Shown in pieces: positions 24,190 through 34,963 of a stretch of 50,156 nt of DNA. Every line of letters starts with the position of its first letter. Position 1 is the stretch's first letter. Location: contig JACQBU010000026.1 of NCBI GenBank assembly GCA_016194375.1, positions 1 to 50,156 on the forward strand. Reading direction: 5' to 3'. Both the position numbers and the translations under genes were made by a program. Source of the stretch: Nitrospinota bacterium. GTDB taxonomy: Bacteria > Nitrospinota_A > UBA7883 > JACRGQ01. The notes under the pieces were generated by a model. It was not told the origin of the DNA, made no database searches, and was given only the letters and a program-made list of their open reading frames with translations.

Positions 24190-25002
24190 ATGCGACATCG
24201 CTGGAAGTCTCTCGTATTGTCGGTTGCGATGCTCTCGACCGCGCCCGTTTCGGCCCCGCCCGTACCGAACGTCGACGCCGACGCGTGGCTGGTGGCCTCC
24301 TCGGACAAAATCCTTTGGGCGCACAACGCGGACTCCCCCCTCCCGTCGGCCAGCCTTACTAAGATAATGACGGTCATGCTTGCGTTGCGGCGCACCCCGC
24401 CGGAAACAATCGTCGCCGTCAGCGCACGCGCCGCCTCGGAATCCGGCGCGAAGACCGGACTCTCGGCCGGGGACAGGGTGCGCGCCGGACTGCTGGCGGC
24501 CGCCGCGCTGATGGAGAGCGCCAACGACGCGTGCATGGCGCTTGCCGAAAGCGCCGCCGAAACCCCGGAGGCGTTCGTCGCCATGATGAACGACGAGGCC
24601 CGCAGGATGGGTCTGCGCCACACCCGCTTCCAAAACCCGTGCGGCCACGACGCCCGGAACCATTATTCCAGCGCGAACGACGTCCTTGCCGTCGCCCGCG
24701 CCGCGATGAAGAACCCTTTCTTCGCCTCCATAGTCTCCATGCGGACGGGAAGCTTTTCGACCGTGGACGGAAAACGCAAATTTTCTTTTCAGAACAAAAA
24801 CGAGCTTATAGGCCGCTATCCGGGGGCCGAAGGGGTCAAAACCGGCACCACTCCCGCGGCCGGGAAATGTCTGGTGGCGCTCGTGCGGCGCGACGGGCTG
24901 GAGGTCTGGCTGGTCATGCTCAACGCCAGGGAGCGGTGGTGGACCTCAGCCCGGATTCTGGACTCCGCCCTTCGCGCGCTTGGCGCCCCTCTGGACTTTT
25001 GA
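24190..25002 (+). CDS. D-alanyl-D-alanine carboxypeptidase (serine peptidase S11, low-MW PBP)
   Basis: The ATG at 24190 follows the previous stop. A signal peptide is followed by the SxxK (SLTK), SxN (SAND) and KTG (KTGTT) motifs. Confidence 0.85.
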   Translation: MRHRWKSLVLSVAMLSTAPVSAPPVPNVDADAWLVASSDKILWAHNADSPLPSASLTKIMTVMLALRRTPPETIVAVSARAASESGAKTGLSAGDRVRAGLLAAAALMESANDACMALAESAAETPEAFVAMMNDEARRMGLRHTRFQNPCGHDARNHYSSANDVLAVARAAMKNPFFASIVSMRTGSFSTVDGKRKFSFQNKNELIGRYPGAEGVKTGTTPAAGKCLVALVRRDGLEVWLVMLNARERWWTSARILDSALRALGAPLDF

Positions 25003-25006
25003 GGCG

Positions 25007-26380
25007 ATGAAGGCCTCCGAAACGCCGCTTTGGGTCTGGCCTCCGCTGGCGGCGTTGGCGGCCTATGCGAACGCGCTGGGAGGCTCCTTTCAGTTCGACG
25101 ACTGGAACATAATCGTCAACCGGGACGACGTCCACACGCTCGGGCGCTTTCTGACCACGGCTTCGCACGGCGCGCGTCCGCTTCTTAACCTTAGTTACGC
25201 GATGAACTGGGCGGCCTCGCCGCGACCCTTCGGGTTCATCTTGGTAAACGTCCTCTTGCACGCCGCAAACGCCCTTCTGGCGTTTTTCGTGGCTAAAAAA
25301 CTTGTCGAGAGCCTGTCGACGTGGGACGAAAAGGGGGCCGGGACGTGCGCGTTTGTCGTCGCCAGGTTGTTTGCCCTCCACCCGGTGCAAACCGAATCGG
25401 TCTCGTATGTCGCGGGCAGGTCGGAATCTCTCATGGCCTTTTTTTATTTCGCGTCCTTTCTGGCCTACCTGGACGGCGCGGGCCGCGAACGCGCCGCCCC
25501 GTTTAGCTTATTTTCCCTTTTTATGTTCGCCTGCGCCTTGGCCGCGCGCGAGACCGCGGCCACCCTTCCCGCGGCGCTGTTTTTGTACGAACGGCTTCGG
25601 AAGGAACCCGGCCCGTGGTCGGACGCGGCAAAACGGCTGGCCCCCTTCTGCCTTCTGCTCTTGCTTGGCGCGCTTGTCATGGCGGCCAGCCCGCGATACC
25701 GGTTTCTGCTGGCCTACTCGATGAACATCAGGGGCGCGGCGTCCGCGGCGGCCACGAACCTGCTGGGCATCGGATATCTTCTCTCCCGCGTTGTCGCCGT
25801 GGGAGGATTGAACATAGACCCGGATTTGCGGGTTGCGGATTCGTTCTCGCCGCCGGTCATTTTGCTGGCCGCCTCGTTTGCGGCGGCGCTGACGTTCGCA
25901 TGGGTTGTTCGCAAACGGGCTCCGCTCGTCAGTTTCGGGATAGGTTGGTTTTTCCTGCACCTCGTGCCGACGAACTCCGTCATCCCGCGGCTGGACGTGG
26001 CGAGCGAACACCACCTGTACGTCCCTCTTTTCGGGTTGATACTGGCCGTCTTTGGGCCGTTGACGGCCACAAATCCGGCGGTCGTCAAATCAGGCCGAGC
26101 CCGTGTCGCGTTCGGGCTGTTGCTCTTCCTCCTGTTTGCCTTCACCGTTCACCGCAACGCCGCCTACGCAACCGAGATTGCCCTTTGGGAGGACGCCGCG
26201 GCGAAATCCCCGGCCAAGGCCCGGCCGCACAATAATCTCGGCCACGCCTATCATCTTGCGGGAAGGTTTGCCGACGCGGAGAGGGAATACCGCGCAGCGC
26301 TCGCCTGCGACCCGGGGTTTTATAAGTCTCGCCGCAATCTCTCGCGCCTTGAGGACGACCTTAGGAAAGGGGCGCGCTGA
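25007..26380 (+). CDS. TMTC/PMT-like polytopic membrane protein with C-terminal TPR repeats (putative glycosyltransferase)
   Basis: The N-terminal FQFDDWNIIVN motif and many TM helices are followed by a TPR-like C-terminus (…HNNLGHAYHLAGRFADAEREYRAALACDPGF…). The start is the ATG at 25007 or the TTG at 24980. Confidence 0.6.
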   Translation: MKASETPLWVWPPLAALAAYANALGGSFQFDDWNIIVNRDDVHTLGRFLTTASHGARPLLNLSYAMNWAASPRPFGFILVNVLLHAANALLAFFVAKKLVESLSTWDEKGAGTCAFVVARLFALHPVQTESVSYVAGRSESLMAFFYFASFLAYLDGAGRERAAPFSLFSLFMFACALAARETAATLPAALFLYERLRKEPGPWSDAAKRLAPFCLLLLLGALVMAASPRYRFLLAYSMNIRGAASAAATNLLGIGYLLSRVVAVGGLNIDPDLRVADSFSPPVILLAASFAAALTFAWVVRKRAPLVSFGIGWFFLHLVPTNSVIPRLDVASEHHLYVPLFGLILAVFGPLTATNPAVVKSGRARVAFGLLLFLLFAFTVHRNAAYATEIALWEDAAAKSPAKARPHNNLGHAYHLAGRFADAEREYRAALACDPGFYKSRRNLSRLEDDLRKGAR

Positions 26381-26465
26381 CGTATCCCGCTCGTCCGAAA
26401 AAAAAGAACCGCCGACGGACGCTGATGATGGAACGAACCGCGCCCCCGGCGGCCGGGCGGTTAAT

Positions 26466-27491
26466 TTATAAAAGGGATTCCTGGCCGGGGGGCGGCGTCA
26501 GCTTGAGGTGCCGGTAAGTCTCGGCGGATACGACCCTTCCGCGCGGGGTCCTCTGCAAAAAGCCGTTCTGAAGCAGGAACGGCTCCAGGACGTCCTCGAT
26601 GGTGTCCCTCTCCTCGTTCACCGCGGCGGCAAGGGCGTCAATCCCCACGGGGCCCCCTCCGAACCTGTTGATGATGGTCAGCAGAAGCTGGCGGTCCATC
26701 CTGTCGAACCCCTTTTCGTCCACCTCCATCATCCTCAGGGCGGCGTCGGCGACCGCGGAGGTTATTGCGCCGTCCCCCTTCACCTGCGCGAAATCCCTCA
26801 CGCGCCGCAAAAGCCTGTTTGCTATGCGCGGGGTCCCGCGCGAACGCCTTGCTATCTCGTCCGCGCCGGAGTCGTCCAGGGCCACGCCGAGTATCCTGGC
26901 GGACCTCCTTACTATCGTCGAAAGCTCGCGCTCGTCGTAGAACTCCAGGCGGTGGATTATCCCGAACCTGTCGCGCAACGGCGAGGTCAAAAGCCCGGCG
27001 CGCGTCGTGGCCCCGACCAGCGTGAAAGGCGGGACGCCGAGCTTGATGGAGCGCGCGGACGGCCCCTGGCCTATCATTATGTCTATGTTGCCGTCCTCCA
27101 TGGCCGGGTAGAGTATCTCCTCGACGGCCGGGTTGAGCCTGTGTATTTCGTCTATGAAAAGAATCTCCCTTTCGGACAGGTTCGTGAGGATCGCCGCGAG
27201 GTCCCCGGCCCTTTCTATGACCGGGCCGGACGTCCCGCGGAACTGAGCGCCCAGCTCGTGTGCCATTATGCGGGCCAGCGTCGTCTTTCCCAGCCCCGGC
27301 GGGCCGTAGAAGAGGATGTGGTCCATCGCCTCCCCCCTTTGCTTGGCGGCCTCGATGGATATGCGGATGTTCTCCTTGATTTTTTCCTGGCCCACGTATT
27401 CGTCCAGCCTCGTCGGCCGAAGCGAGTTTTCGGCGTCGTCCCCCTCCGTCGGCGCCCCGGTATTTTCGTCCATTCTCAGTTTCGACGTCAT
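26466..27491 (-). CDS. ruvB: Holliday junction branch-migration helicase RuvB
   Basis: Matching regions: [19 protein letters not shown], Walker [20 protein letters not shown], and …[17 protein letters not shown]. Confidence 0.95.
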   Translation of the reverse strand: MTSKLRMDENTGAPTEGDDAENSLRPTRLDEYVGQEKIKENIRISIEAAKQRGEAMDHILFYGPPGLGKTTLARIMAHELGAQFRGTSGPVIERAGDLAAILTNLSEREILFIDEIHRLNPAVEEILYPAMEDGNIDIMIGQGPSARSIKLGVPPFTLVGATTRAGLLTSPLRDRFGIIHRLEFYDERELSTIVRRSARILGVALDDSGADEIARRSRGTPRIANRLLRRVRDFAQVKGDGAITSAVADAALRMMEVDEKGFDRMDRQLLLTIINRFGGGPVGIDALAAAVNEERDTIEDVLEPFLLQNGFLQRTPRGRVVSAETYRHLKLTPPPGQESLL

Positions 27492-28813
27492 TGTTGACTC
27501 GGGGCGGGCGGGGGCGGTTCGTACTCGGTTATTTTTCCCCCCTCCACGGTAAAAAGGAGCGAGCTTTTTTCCAGGTTCCCGTCAGGCCCCCTGGTGACCG
27601 TTCCGGTCACCCCGACGTAGGTGGCCAGATTGTCGAGGGCGTCGAGCATCTTTTTTCTTTCGCCCGCGCCGCCCCCCTCCGCGACGGTCAGCGTAATCAT
27701 CATGGCGTCGTAATAGCGGGCGGCGGCCGCGTCGGGGGGGTCCCCCACGGCGTTCCTAAAGTCGTCCACGAACGTCCTGGCCGCCTCCCCGGACATGGTC
27801 GGGTAGAACTCCCCGGTGAACAGGACGTTCTCCGCGTACTTTCCCCCTATGGTCACCAGCTCCGGCGAGAGCATCCTGTCCGTGCCCAGCACGACCAAGT
27901 CCGCTATGTTGTAGAAGGAGAGCGCGGGCAGTATTAGTCCGGCCTGCTCGTAACCCGCCGGAAGAAAAAGCGCGTCGTACCCCACCTTCATCTCGAACGA
28001 AAAGTTGTTTTTTGTCAGCGGCATCCCCTTCGTCTTGGTTATCCGGGGGTAGGAACGCCCCTTTCCGTACGTCAGGCGCAGGGCGTCGTTGAGGTCGTCC
28101 ACGGATTTTTCGGGATGCTCCTTCGCGTATGTGAAGATGGCGCCCCTCAAATGCTGGTCGTCCATGCCCCCCAAGGCGGTCATCTGCGCCCTGAAGTCGG
28201 TCTGCGCGGCCTCGAACTTCTCCACGACCCCCACGGTTCCGCCGTTTTTTTTCACCGCCTCGGCGAAGAGGCGGGCCATTTCGGCGCCGTACTGGTCGTC
28301 AGGACGCAACACCGCAAACCTGCTCAGCCCAAGGTTTTTAATCGCGGTCTCGGCCAGAAGCCCGGCCTGGCCGGAGTCGGTCGCCTCGATCCAGTGGATT
28401 CGGCGTTTTCCGTTTTGCCCGACCGTTTGTTTCGCCCCGGCGGACGGCGCGATTATCGCGAGGCCGTCCGCCGACGCGGCTAGGGCCCGCCCGACGTTGG
28501 CCTGGGTGAACATTCCGACCACGGCCAGAACCGTCTCGTCGGCCGAGAGCTCCCTCATGGCCTCCGCCATCGAGTCGCCGCCGCCGCCGGAGTCCTTGAG
28601 CACGAGCTTAAGCCCAGCCTTGTCGACGAACCGGCTTTTCGCCGAAAAGGCGAGCTGTATCCCCTTTAGCGCCTGCGCGCCGGCCTCCGCCTGGTCGCCG
28701 GAAAGCGGAAGGACGCACCCTATGGTGACGCCCTTGTTGGAGGCGCCGGCCGTCCCCGCAAAAAAAACGGCGGCCAACAGCGCCGAAACGAAAACCCGTT
28801 TACTTGATGCCAT
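27488..28813 (-). CDS. Periplasmic substrate-binding protein (Leu/Ile/Val-binding / Peripla_BP_6-like)
   Basis: A signal peptide is followed by …[25 protein letters not shown]…, typical of type-I periplasmic binding proteins. There is a 4-nt overlap with ruvB and a 14-nt overlap with the upstream regulator. Confidence 0.7.
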   Translation of the reverse strand: MASSKRVFVSALLAAVFFAGTAGASNKGVTIGCVLPLSGDQAEAGAQALKGIQLAFSAKSRFVDKAGLKLVLKDSGGGGDSMAEAMRELSADETVLAVVGMFTQANVGRALAASADGLAIIAPSAGAKQTVGQNGKRRIHWIEATDSGQAGLLAETAIKNLGLSRFAVLRPDDQYGAEMARLFAEAVKKNGGTVGVVEKFEAAQTDFRAQMTALGGMDDQHLRGAIFTYAKEHPEKSVDDLNDALRLTYGKGRSYPRITKTKGMPLTKNNFSFEMKVGYDALFLPAGYEQAGLILPALSFYNIADLVVLGTDRMLSPELVTIGGKYAENVLFTGEFYPTMSGEAARTFVDDFRNAVGDPPDAAAARYYDAMMITLTVAEGGGAGERKKMLDALDNLATYVGVTGTVTRGPDGNLEKSSLLFTVEGGKITEYEPPPPAPSQQ

Positions 28814-30164
28814 ACTTGTCCAGCTTGTATCGAATCGAACGGAGGCTCATGTTGAGGAGGCGCGCGGCGTCCCTCTTGGAACCGTTGGCGTTTTTCATCG
28901 CGTTGAAGAGCATCTCGCGTTCAATCCCCTCCACGTGTTTTTCCATGTCGACGACACCCGACGGCAGGCGCGCGGCCTCGTGCATTTTTTCGGCCCGCGT
29001 CCTCAGCTCGTCCGGCAGGTTTTCCGGATTTATCCACTTGTCGGTCTCCATGACCACGGCGCGTTCTATCGCGTGTTCCAGCTCCCGAATGTTTCCCGGC
29101 CAGCGGTAGCCCTCGAGGAGCCTGAGCGCATCGACCGAAAAACCGAGTATGTCGCGCCCGTTTTGCGCGGCCAGCTTCGCGAGAAAATGGTTTGCAAGCG
29201 CCGGCACGTCCTCCATGCGCTCGCGCAACGGGGGCAGGTGTATGACCACGACGTTCAGGCGGTAGAACAGGTCCTCGCGGAAATGGCCGCTTTTCACCCT
29301 CTCCGCAAGGTTTTTGTTGGTCGCCGCGATGAACCGGACGTCCAGACTCAGGTTTTTCGTGTCTCCCACGCGGCGTATCTCCCTTTCTTGGAGGACCCTC
29401 ACCAGCTTCACCTGCAACGACGGCGGCATCTCGCCTATTTCGTCGAAAAAAAAGCTCCCGCCGTCGGCGGCCTCGAGAAGCCCGACCTTGTCGGCGGCGG
29501 CTCCGGTGAAGGCGCCCTTCTTGTACCCGAACAGCTCGCTCTCAAGTAGTTGCTCGGGCATCGCGCCGCAGTTTATGGAGAGGAACGGACGGTTGCACCG
29601 CGGGCTGTTGGCGTGGAGGGCCCTTGCCACGAGCTCTTTTCCCGTGCCGCTCTCCCCCGTTATCAGCACCGTGCTCGGGGTGTCCGCCACTCGGACGACG
29701 AGGTTTCTAACCGTGTCCAGCGCTTTCGAGCCGCCTATCATCTCCCTCACGCCCGACTTCTGGCGAAGCTCCGTTTTCAGGCTCATGTTCTCGAGAATCA
29801 ATCCGCGTTTCTCGAGGGCGTTCTTCACCACGAGCTTCAGTTCCTCGACGTTGAACGGCTTGGTGATGTAGTCGCACGCACCGAGCTTCATCGCCTCCAC
29901 GGCGCTTTCGGCCGAGGCGTACGCCGTTATCATTATCACGGGTCGAAACCGATCCCCCTTCATGGACGCGCTCAACACGGCTGTGCCGCCGTCCTTGGGA
30001 ATCTTCATGTCCGATATGACGAGGTTCGGCTCCTCCCTCTCGAGTATCCTGACCGCCTCGTCGGTGTTGGCGGCCGTTATAACCCTATACCCCTCCCCCG
30101 TGAGCATTATATCGAGCATTTCAACCATGCTTTTCTCGTCGTCGGCGACAAGGACGGTTACCAT
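28800..30164 (-). CDS. Sigma-54-dependent response regulator (NtrC family)
   Basis: REC domain (VLVADDE…DMKIPK), AAA+ domain with GESGTGKE and GAFTGA, and a C-terminal Fis-type HTH (…AARLLNMSLRSIRYKL). Confidence 0.92.
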   Translation of the reverse strand: MVTVLVADDEKSMVEMLDIMLTGEGYRVITAANTDEAVRILEREEPNLVISDMKIPKDGGTAVLSASMKGDRFRPVIMITAYASAESAVEAMKLGACDYITKPFNVEELKLVVKNALEKRGLILENMSLKTELRQKSGVREMIGGSKALDTVRNLVVRVADTPSTVLITGESGTGKELVARALHANSPRCNRPFLSINCGAMPEQLLESELFGYKKGAFTGAAADKVGLLEAADGGSFFFDEIGEMPPSLQVKLVRVLQEREIRRVGDTKNLSLDVRFIAATNKNLAERVKSGHFREDLFYRLNVVVIHLPPLRERMEDVPALANHFLAKLAAQNGRDILGFSVDALRLLEGYRWPGNIRELEHAIERAVVMETDKWINPENLPDELRTRAEKMHEAARLPSGVVDMEKHVEGIEREMLFNAMKNANGSKRDAARLLNMSLRSIRYKLDKYGIK

Positions 30165-30253
30165 GACGTTTTCCGGGCCGATATTGCGTTCATCATCAAG
30201 CGCTTATTCTACTATACTCAACGCGCTTTTTGTCTCCGCCCCGCGCCGCCGTT

Positions 30254-31312
30254 TCAAGCGTTTTGCCCCGCGACGTAGGACGCAAAATCCGGCTCGCGGA
30301 CGCCGGCCTCCACGGTCAGCACGTAAAAACGGCCCCGAAACGGACCGGGGATTCTGACAAAATCCTTCGCCGTCGTCAGGAGCAGTTCGCCTTCCCGTAG
30401 GGAGTCGAGGACGCCCCGCATGTCCTTTTCCGAGTACGGATGGTGGTCCGGGAACGTCGAATGTCCCGCCACGTTCGCGCCCAGTCCTTTTAGAGTCGCG
30501 GCAAACTGTTCCGGCGAGCCTATGCCGCTCACAAGACGCACGTCCGCCCCCGCCAGTCGTTTCAACGGGGTTTCGGCGCCGTCCGGGCCGACAAGGGAGG
30601 CAGGTTCTATGTCGCAGGTGAAAATCCGGGTTCCTTCTCCGGCGAGTGAGGCGATTTTTTTCCTCAACGAGTCCAGCTCCCCGGGGGGGACGAGGTTGGC
30701 GCGGGTGATGAGGACGGCGTCGGCCCTTGTCAGCGACGACGGCGGCTCCCGCAACATCCCGGCCGGAAGCATTCGTCCGCCTCCGAACGGGTCGGTCGCG
30801 TCAATCAGAACGACGTCGAGGTCCCTGTACGCCGAGAGGTGCGAGAAGGCGTCGTCCAGTATGACGGTCCTCGCCTCGAAAAGCGTCACGGCGGCGCTTA
30901 TGCCGTCCGTCCTCTTGGGGGCGCATATCACGGGAACGTTCTTCAGGGCGAGCGCGCACACCAGCGCCTCGTCCGCCGCCTTAGGGTAGTCCTCAAATAT
31001 CCTCGGCCCGTTTGACACGAGTTGCACCCGGTCGCGCGATTTTCTTCGGTACCCCCTGCTGACGACCGCCGCGCGGTGCCCCGCCATTTTGGCGAGCATG
31101 ATCGTGACGGGCGTTTTCCCGGTTCCGCCGGCCGTCAGGTTGCCCACGCTTATGACCCTGACTCCGGCCACCTTTCGGGGCTTCGGGAAGCCGGCGCGGA
31201 AAAGAAGGAGCCTCAGCCTGACGACAGCCCCGTAAATATGGGACAGCGGCGCGAGCAACAACCCGAGAACACCCCCGGACGTCGGCCCGGCGCCAAACCG
31301 GCTACTCGTCAT
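30254..31312 (-). CDS. lpxK: Tetraacyldisaccharide 4'-kinase
   Basis: VISVGNLTAGGTGKTP P-loop and SRGY motif. Length is 352 aa. Confidence 0.9.
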   Translation of the reverse strand: MTSSRFGAGPTSGGVLGLLLAPLSHIYGAVVRLRLLLFRAGFPKPRKVAGVRVISVGNLTAGGTGKTPVTIMLAKMAGHRAAVVSRGYRRKSRDRVQLVSNGPRIFEDYPKAADEALVCALALKNVPVICAPKRTDGISAAVTLFEARTVILDDAFSHLSAYRDLDVVLIDATDPFGGGRMLPAGMLREPPSSLTRADAVLITRANLVPPGELDSLRKKIASLAGEGTRIFTCDIEPASLVGPDGAETPLKRLAGADVRLVSGIGSPEQFAATLKGLGANVAGHSTFPDHHPYSEKDMRGVLDSLREGELLLTTAKDFVRIPGPFRGRFYVLTVEAGVREPDFASYVAGQNA

Positions 31313-31562
31313 TCAACAATTTCCTCACGGCCGGCGGGACGAATATCCCCTCCGTGTCTTGCGACCTTAGCGCGTCCAGCGCGGCGGCGGCGCGCCCGCC
31401 TTCGCCCAGCCTTTCGTCGATTATCAGGGTTTTGCGGCCGCCTATTTCGCACAGGCCGCTTTTGACGTTTATGTCGTCGTCGGCCAGGTCTCGCAATTCG
31501 ACGGCGACCCCGCACCGTTCCAGGGCTCGGGCCAGCATCTCAAACATCGCCTCGCCAGACAT
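31302..31562 (-). CDS. Small hypothetical protein
   Basis: 86-aa ORF with coding-like composition, overlapping the lpxK start by 11 nt. I recognise no domain. Confidence 0.45.
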   Translation of the reverse strand: MSGEAMFEMLARALERCGVAVELRDLADDDINVKSGLCEIGGRKTLIIDERLGEGGRAAAALDALRSQDTEGIFVPPAVRKLLNDE

Positions 31563-31581
31563 GGTTGACCGTCCGGTGGCC

Positions 31582-32157
31582 CTAGTTCATCATCTTTCGG
31601 TAGCGTTCCAACAGCTCGTCCTTGGTGAAAACGGCCTCCACCGGAAGCCGCTCGGCCTCGAGCCTCTCGCGCCCCCCCTCCTGCCTGTCAACGAGCGCGA
31701 CGACGGCCACGACCTCGAGTCCGAATTCGCGCGCCCCGTTTATCGCGGCAAGCGCGGATTCGCCGGTGGTTATCACGTCCTCCAAAATCACCACGCGCTC
31801 CCCCGCCTTCAAATCCCCCTCGACCGGGCTTTTTGTGCCGTGCCCCTTGGCCTGCTTTCGTATGACGAACGCCCTTATCGGCGACCCCCGCCTGTAGCTT
31901 TCGCCGGCCACGGCTACGGCGATCGGGTCGGCGCCGAGCGTGAGGCCGCCCACCCCCGCGGGGGAGTGTTTGCTGACCGCCTCGAAGACGACGGATCCTA
32001 TCAGGTTTACGCCCTCCGCGTCGTACGCGGTTTTTTTGCAGTTGACGTAATAGGACGACGTTTTTCCCGAGGCGAGCCTGAACACCGGGGCGTCGGAATA
32101 CATGAACGACTTTCGGGCCAGCATGGAAAGAAGCCGGTCGCGCGCGTTTTTCTCCAT
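31582..32157 (-). CDS. pyrE: Orotate phosphoribosyltransferase
   Basis: The SGKTSSYYVNCK region and the PRPP-binding loop VVILEDVITTGES are present. Confidence 0.9.
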   Translation of the reverse strand: MEKNARDRLLSMLARKSFMYSDAPVFRLASGKTSSYYVNCKKTAYDAEGVNLIGSVVFEAVSKHSPAGVGGLTLGADPIAVAVAGESYRRGSPIRAFVIRKQAKGHGTKSPVEGDLKAGERVVILEDVITTGESALAAINGAREFGLEVVAVVALVDRQEGGRERLEAERLPVEAVFTKDELLERYRKMMN

Positions 32158-32161
32158 GCGC

Positions 32162-32824
32162 CTAGTCCCTTATCGGGTTTTCCAAAAGGCTTTTTTCGAG
32201 CGTCCGCACGAGGCGGTTAATGTCGTCGGTCCTGGTTTTTAGCGAGCCGCGGTTGACCACGAGCCGCGCCGTGACGTTCATTATCGTCTCCACCTCCACG
32301 AGCCCGTTGGCCTTGAGCGTGCCTCCGGTCGAGACGAGGTCCACAATCCTCTCGCACAGGCCGACGAGCGGTGCTATCTCTATGGAGCCGTGAAGCTTTA
32401 TCACCTCCACGTGTATCCCCTTGTCGCGAAACCACCGCGTGGCGAGGTTCGTGAACTTCGTGGCGACCCGCAGGTTTGTCCACAGCGAGGGGTCGTCGTG
32501 CTCCTTCAACCGCGCCGGCTCGGCTATTACCAGGCGGCACGCGCCGAAGCCGAGGTCGAGCATCTCGTAAATCGGCTTGTCCTGCTCCTCAAGCTGGTCC
32601 TTGCCGGAGACCCCGACGTCCGCCGCGCCGTTCTCCACGTAGACGGGGATGTCCGTGTCGCGCACTATGATGGCCCTGCAATCGGAGGACTTGTCCTCGA
32701 AAATAAGTTTGCGGTTGTCCCCCAGCGCCTCGCCAAAATCCATCCCCGCGCGTCGGAAGAGCTCGACGGACGGCTTTAAGTTTCTTCCGCGCGGTATCGC
32801 GACGGTGAGCCTCGGGTACTTCAT
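32162..32824 (-). CDS. hisG: ATP phosphoribosyltransferase, short form
   Basis: LTVAIPRGRNLKPSVELFRRAG…, DIPVYVENGAADVGVSGKD and DLVSTGGTLKANGL. At 220 aa it would be the HisGS type, which needs HisZ. Confidence 0.9.
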   Translation of the reverse strand: MKYPRLTVAIPRGRNLKPSVELFRRAGMDFGEALGDNRKLIFEDKSSDCRAIIVRDTDIPVYVENGAADVGVSGKDQLEEQDKPIYEMLDLGFGACRLVIAEPARLKEHDDPSLWTNLRVATKFTNLATRWFRDKGIHVEVIKLHGSIEIAPLVGLCERIVDLVSTGGTLKANGLVEVETIMNVTARLVVNRGSLKTRTDDINRLVRTLEKSLLENPIRD

Positions 32825-32969
32825 ATTTCAAGAAAATACCACTCGCCGCCCCCGCAGGCAAATAAAAGCGGCGCGGGGTCGAGGATTTTTATGGCGCGGG
32901 GAGGCCGTCGAATATAGAATGGGGTCGGTTTCAGAAGGGGTTTAATCCACACTGTTTTCGGAGGCAGAT

Positions 32970-33599
32970 ATGAGCGCGTTGGTTTTTCACGGCGGTTTGT
33001 CCAAAAGGATGCTTGACGCGACGGTCAAGGCGTTGCACGACGGCGAGCTTGTCATCTATCCGACCGACACGGTGTACGGCATCGGGTGCGACATGAAGAA
33101 CGGCAAGGCGCTCGAAAAGCTCAACAGGCTGAAAAACAGGCCGAGCAACAAGCCGTTCAGCTTCATATGCAACAACATCAGCGAGGCGGCCCACTACGCC
33201 AGCATCTCAAACGCCGCGCACAGGGTGATGAAGAGGTTTCTGCCGGGCCCGTACACTTTCATTCTGCCCGGCGGGAGCGGCATCCCCAAAAAAATGACGT
33301 CCTCCGAGCACACGGTCGGCATCCGCATCCCGAACCATTTCATAACGCTCGAGCTTGCGAAGGTCTTCGGCTCCCCCATCATCACCACCTCCGTGAACGT
33401 CTCCGGCGAACAGCCGGTGTGCGCGATAGGGGACCTGCCCCCCGAATTCACCTCCGCCGTCGCGGTGATAATTGACGGCGGGCCGCTTGAGAACGAACCC
33501 TCCACGATAATTGACTTCACCGAGGACGACCCGAAGGTGGAGCGGGAAGGGAAGGGGTTGGCCGAGATAAGGCCTTTCCTGGAGTTTTCGCCAGGCTAA
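32970..33599 (+). CDS. tsaC: L-threonylcarbamoyladenylate synthase (YrdC/TsaC family)
   Basis: VIYPTDTVYGIGCD, …KNRPSNKPFS… and …TSVNVSGE… are present. Confidence 0.88.
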   Translation: MSALVFHGGLSKRMLDATVKALHDGELVIYPTDTVYGIGCDMKNGKALEKLNRLKNRPSNKPFSFICNNISEAAHYASISNAAHRVMKRFLPGPYTFILPGGSGIPKKMTSSEHTVGIRIPNHFITLELAKVFGSPIITTSVNVSGEQPVCAIGDLPPEFTSAVAVIIDGGPLENEPSTIIDFTEDDPKVEREGKGLAEIRPFLEFSPG

Positions 33600-33616
33600 A
33601 TTAAGCTTGCAGGCCG

Positions 33617-34950
33617 ATGAACGGTTCCGGGTTCAAGTACAAATGGGCGGCGGCGGGGGACGTCAACGCCTTTTTCGGACTGACCCTCGATAACCTCACG
33701 GGGCTCGTCATCATGGCCTCCATACTCACCGGCATTTTCAGGATGCCCGCCGACGTCGTCCTTTTCAGGATGGTCCCCGGCACCGCGCTGGGCGTGATGC
33801 TCGGGGACCTCGCCTACACCTACATGGCCTTCCAGCTCGCGAAGAAGGAGAGGAGGCAGGACGTATGCGCGATGCCGCTGGGGATTGACGCGATCGCGCT
33901 TTTCGGGCTGACGCTCGGGGTGGTCGGCCCGGCCTACGTCGCCACAAAGGACGCCGACAAGGCGTGGGCGGTCGGCATGGCGGTGCTGGTGGTGATGGGC
34001 GCGGTGAAGACCGTCACGGCGTTTTTCGGCGCGGCCGTCAGGCGCAACGTGCCGCGCGCCGCCCTGCTCGGCTCGCTCGGCGCGCTGGCGGTGGCTTTCA
34101 TCGCCTACCTTCCGTTCCTAAAGATAATCGCCGACCCCGTCGCCGGGTTCGTGTCGCTCGGCGTGATACTGCTGACGCTCACGGCGCGCGTAAAACTGCC
34201 GCTGAGAACGGCGGAATCGACAACACGGAAAGCGCCGCCGTGGCCGGGGACGAATACGACACCCGGGACATACTGCTGGTCGAGGGCGTCGCCACGCTCC
34301 TGGCCGGAATATGCGGCGGCGTCATCCAAAACACGCCGTACATCGGCCACCCGGCGTACAAGCAGATGGGGGGAAGGGCCGCCTACACGCTGGCGACAGG
34401 CCTTTTCATCGGGTTGGGCGCGATGCTGGGATTGACCGGCTTCCTCGTCTCGATACTGCCGGAGTCGGTCATGGCGCCGATACTGGTGTTCATCGGCCTG
34501 GAGGTCTGTTCCCAGGCGTACGCCGAGACGGACAAGCGGCACCTCGCGGCCGTCACGATATGTTTCGTGCCGGTCCTCGCCAACCTCGTTTTCATCCAAT
34601 ACAACTCTCTGATGGGCGCGGCCGGAATCGGGTTCCCGGCGCTCAGGCCTGATTTTCAGGAGACGTACAAAGCCGCCATGATCCTGGGAAACGGCTTCGT
34701 CCTTACCGCCATGCTGTGGGCGGCCATGACCGCGTTTCTAATCGACGGCAAAATCGGCGCGGCGGCGGCGGTGTCCTGGCTGGCGGCAGGCCTGGTGACG
34801 ACGGGGCTCGTTCATTCCCCGTTTCCCGACGGAAGGCTTTTCCCCCCGTGGTCGGCTCCTTCCGCCTCGATTTTCCTTGCGACGGGATATTTGGCAATGG
34901 GGCTCGTTTACCTTACAATACATTTCTTTCGCAGGGCCGAAACCGACTAA
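33617..34950 (+). pseudogene. NCS2-superfamily (xanthine/uracil-permease-like) transporter with a frame break
   Basis: The N-terminal part (33617 to about 34205: …GDVNAFFGLTLDNLTG…, TM-rich) continues in another frame from about 34195 (…ENGGIDNTESAAVAGDEYDTRDILLVEGVATLLAGICGG…) to 34950. Total span is 1334 nt, not a multiple of 3. Confidence 0.55.
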
Positions 34951-34963
34951 AGAAGGAAGAAGA

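Noticed and set aside
26435-26461. GC-rich hairpin between the convergent TMTC-like gene and ruvB, considered as a bidirectional terminator
   Set aside because: The stem is only about 6-8 bp with mismatches, and the flanking T/A tracts are weak. This is not strong enough to call.
28089-29549. 486-aa plus-strand ORF antisense to the binding-protein and NtrC-family genes
   Set aside because: It spans two well-supported minus-strand genes, has Ser/Ala/Pro-rich composition and no motifs.
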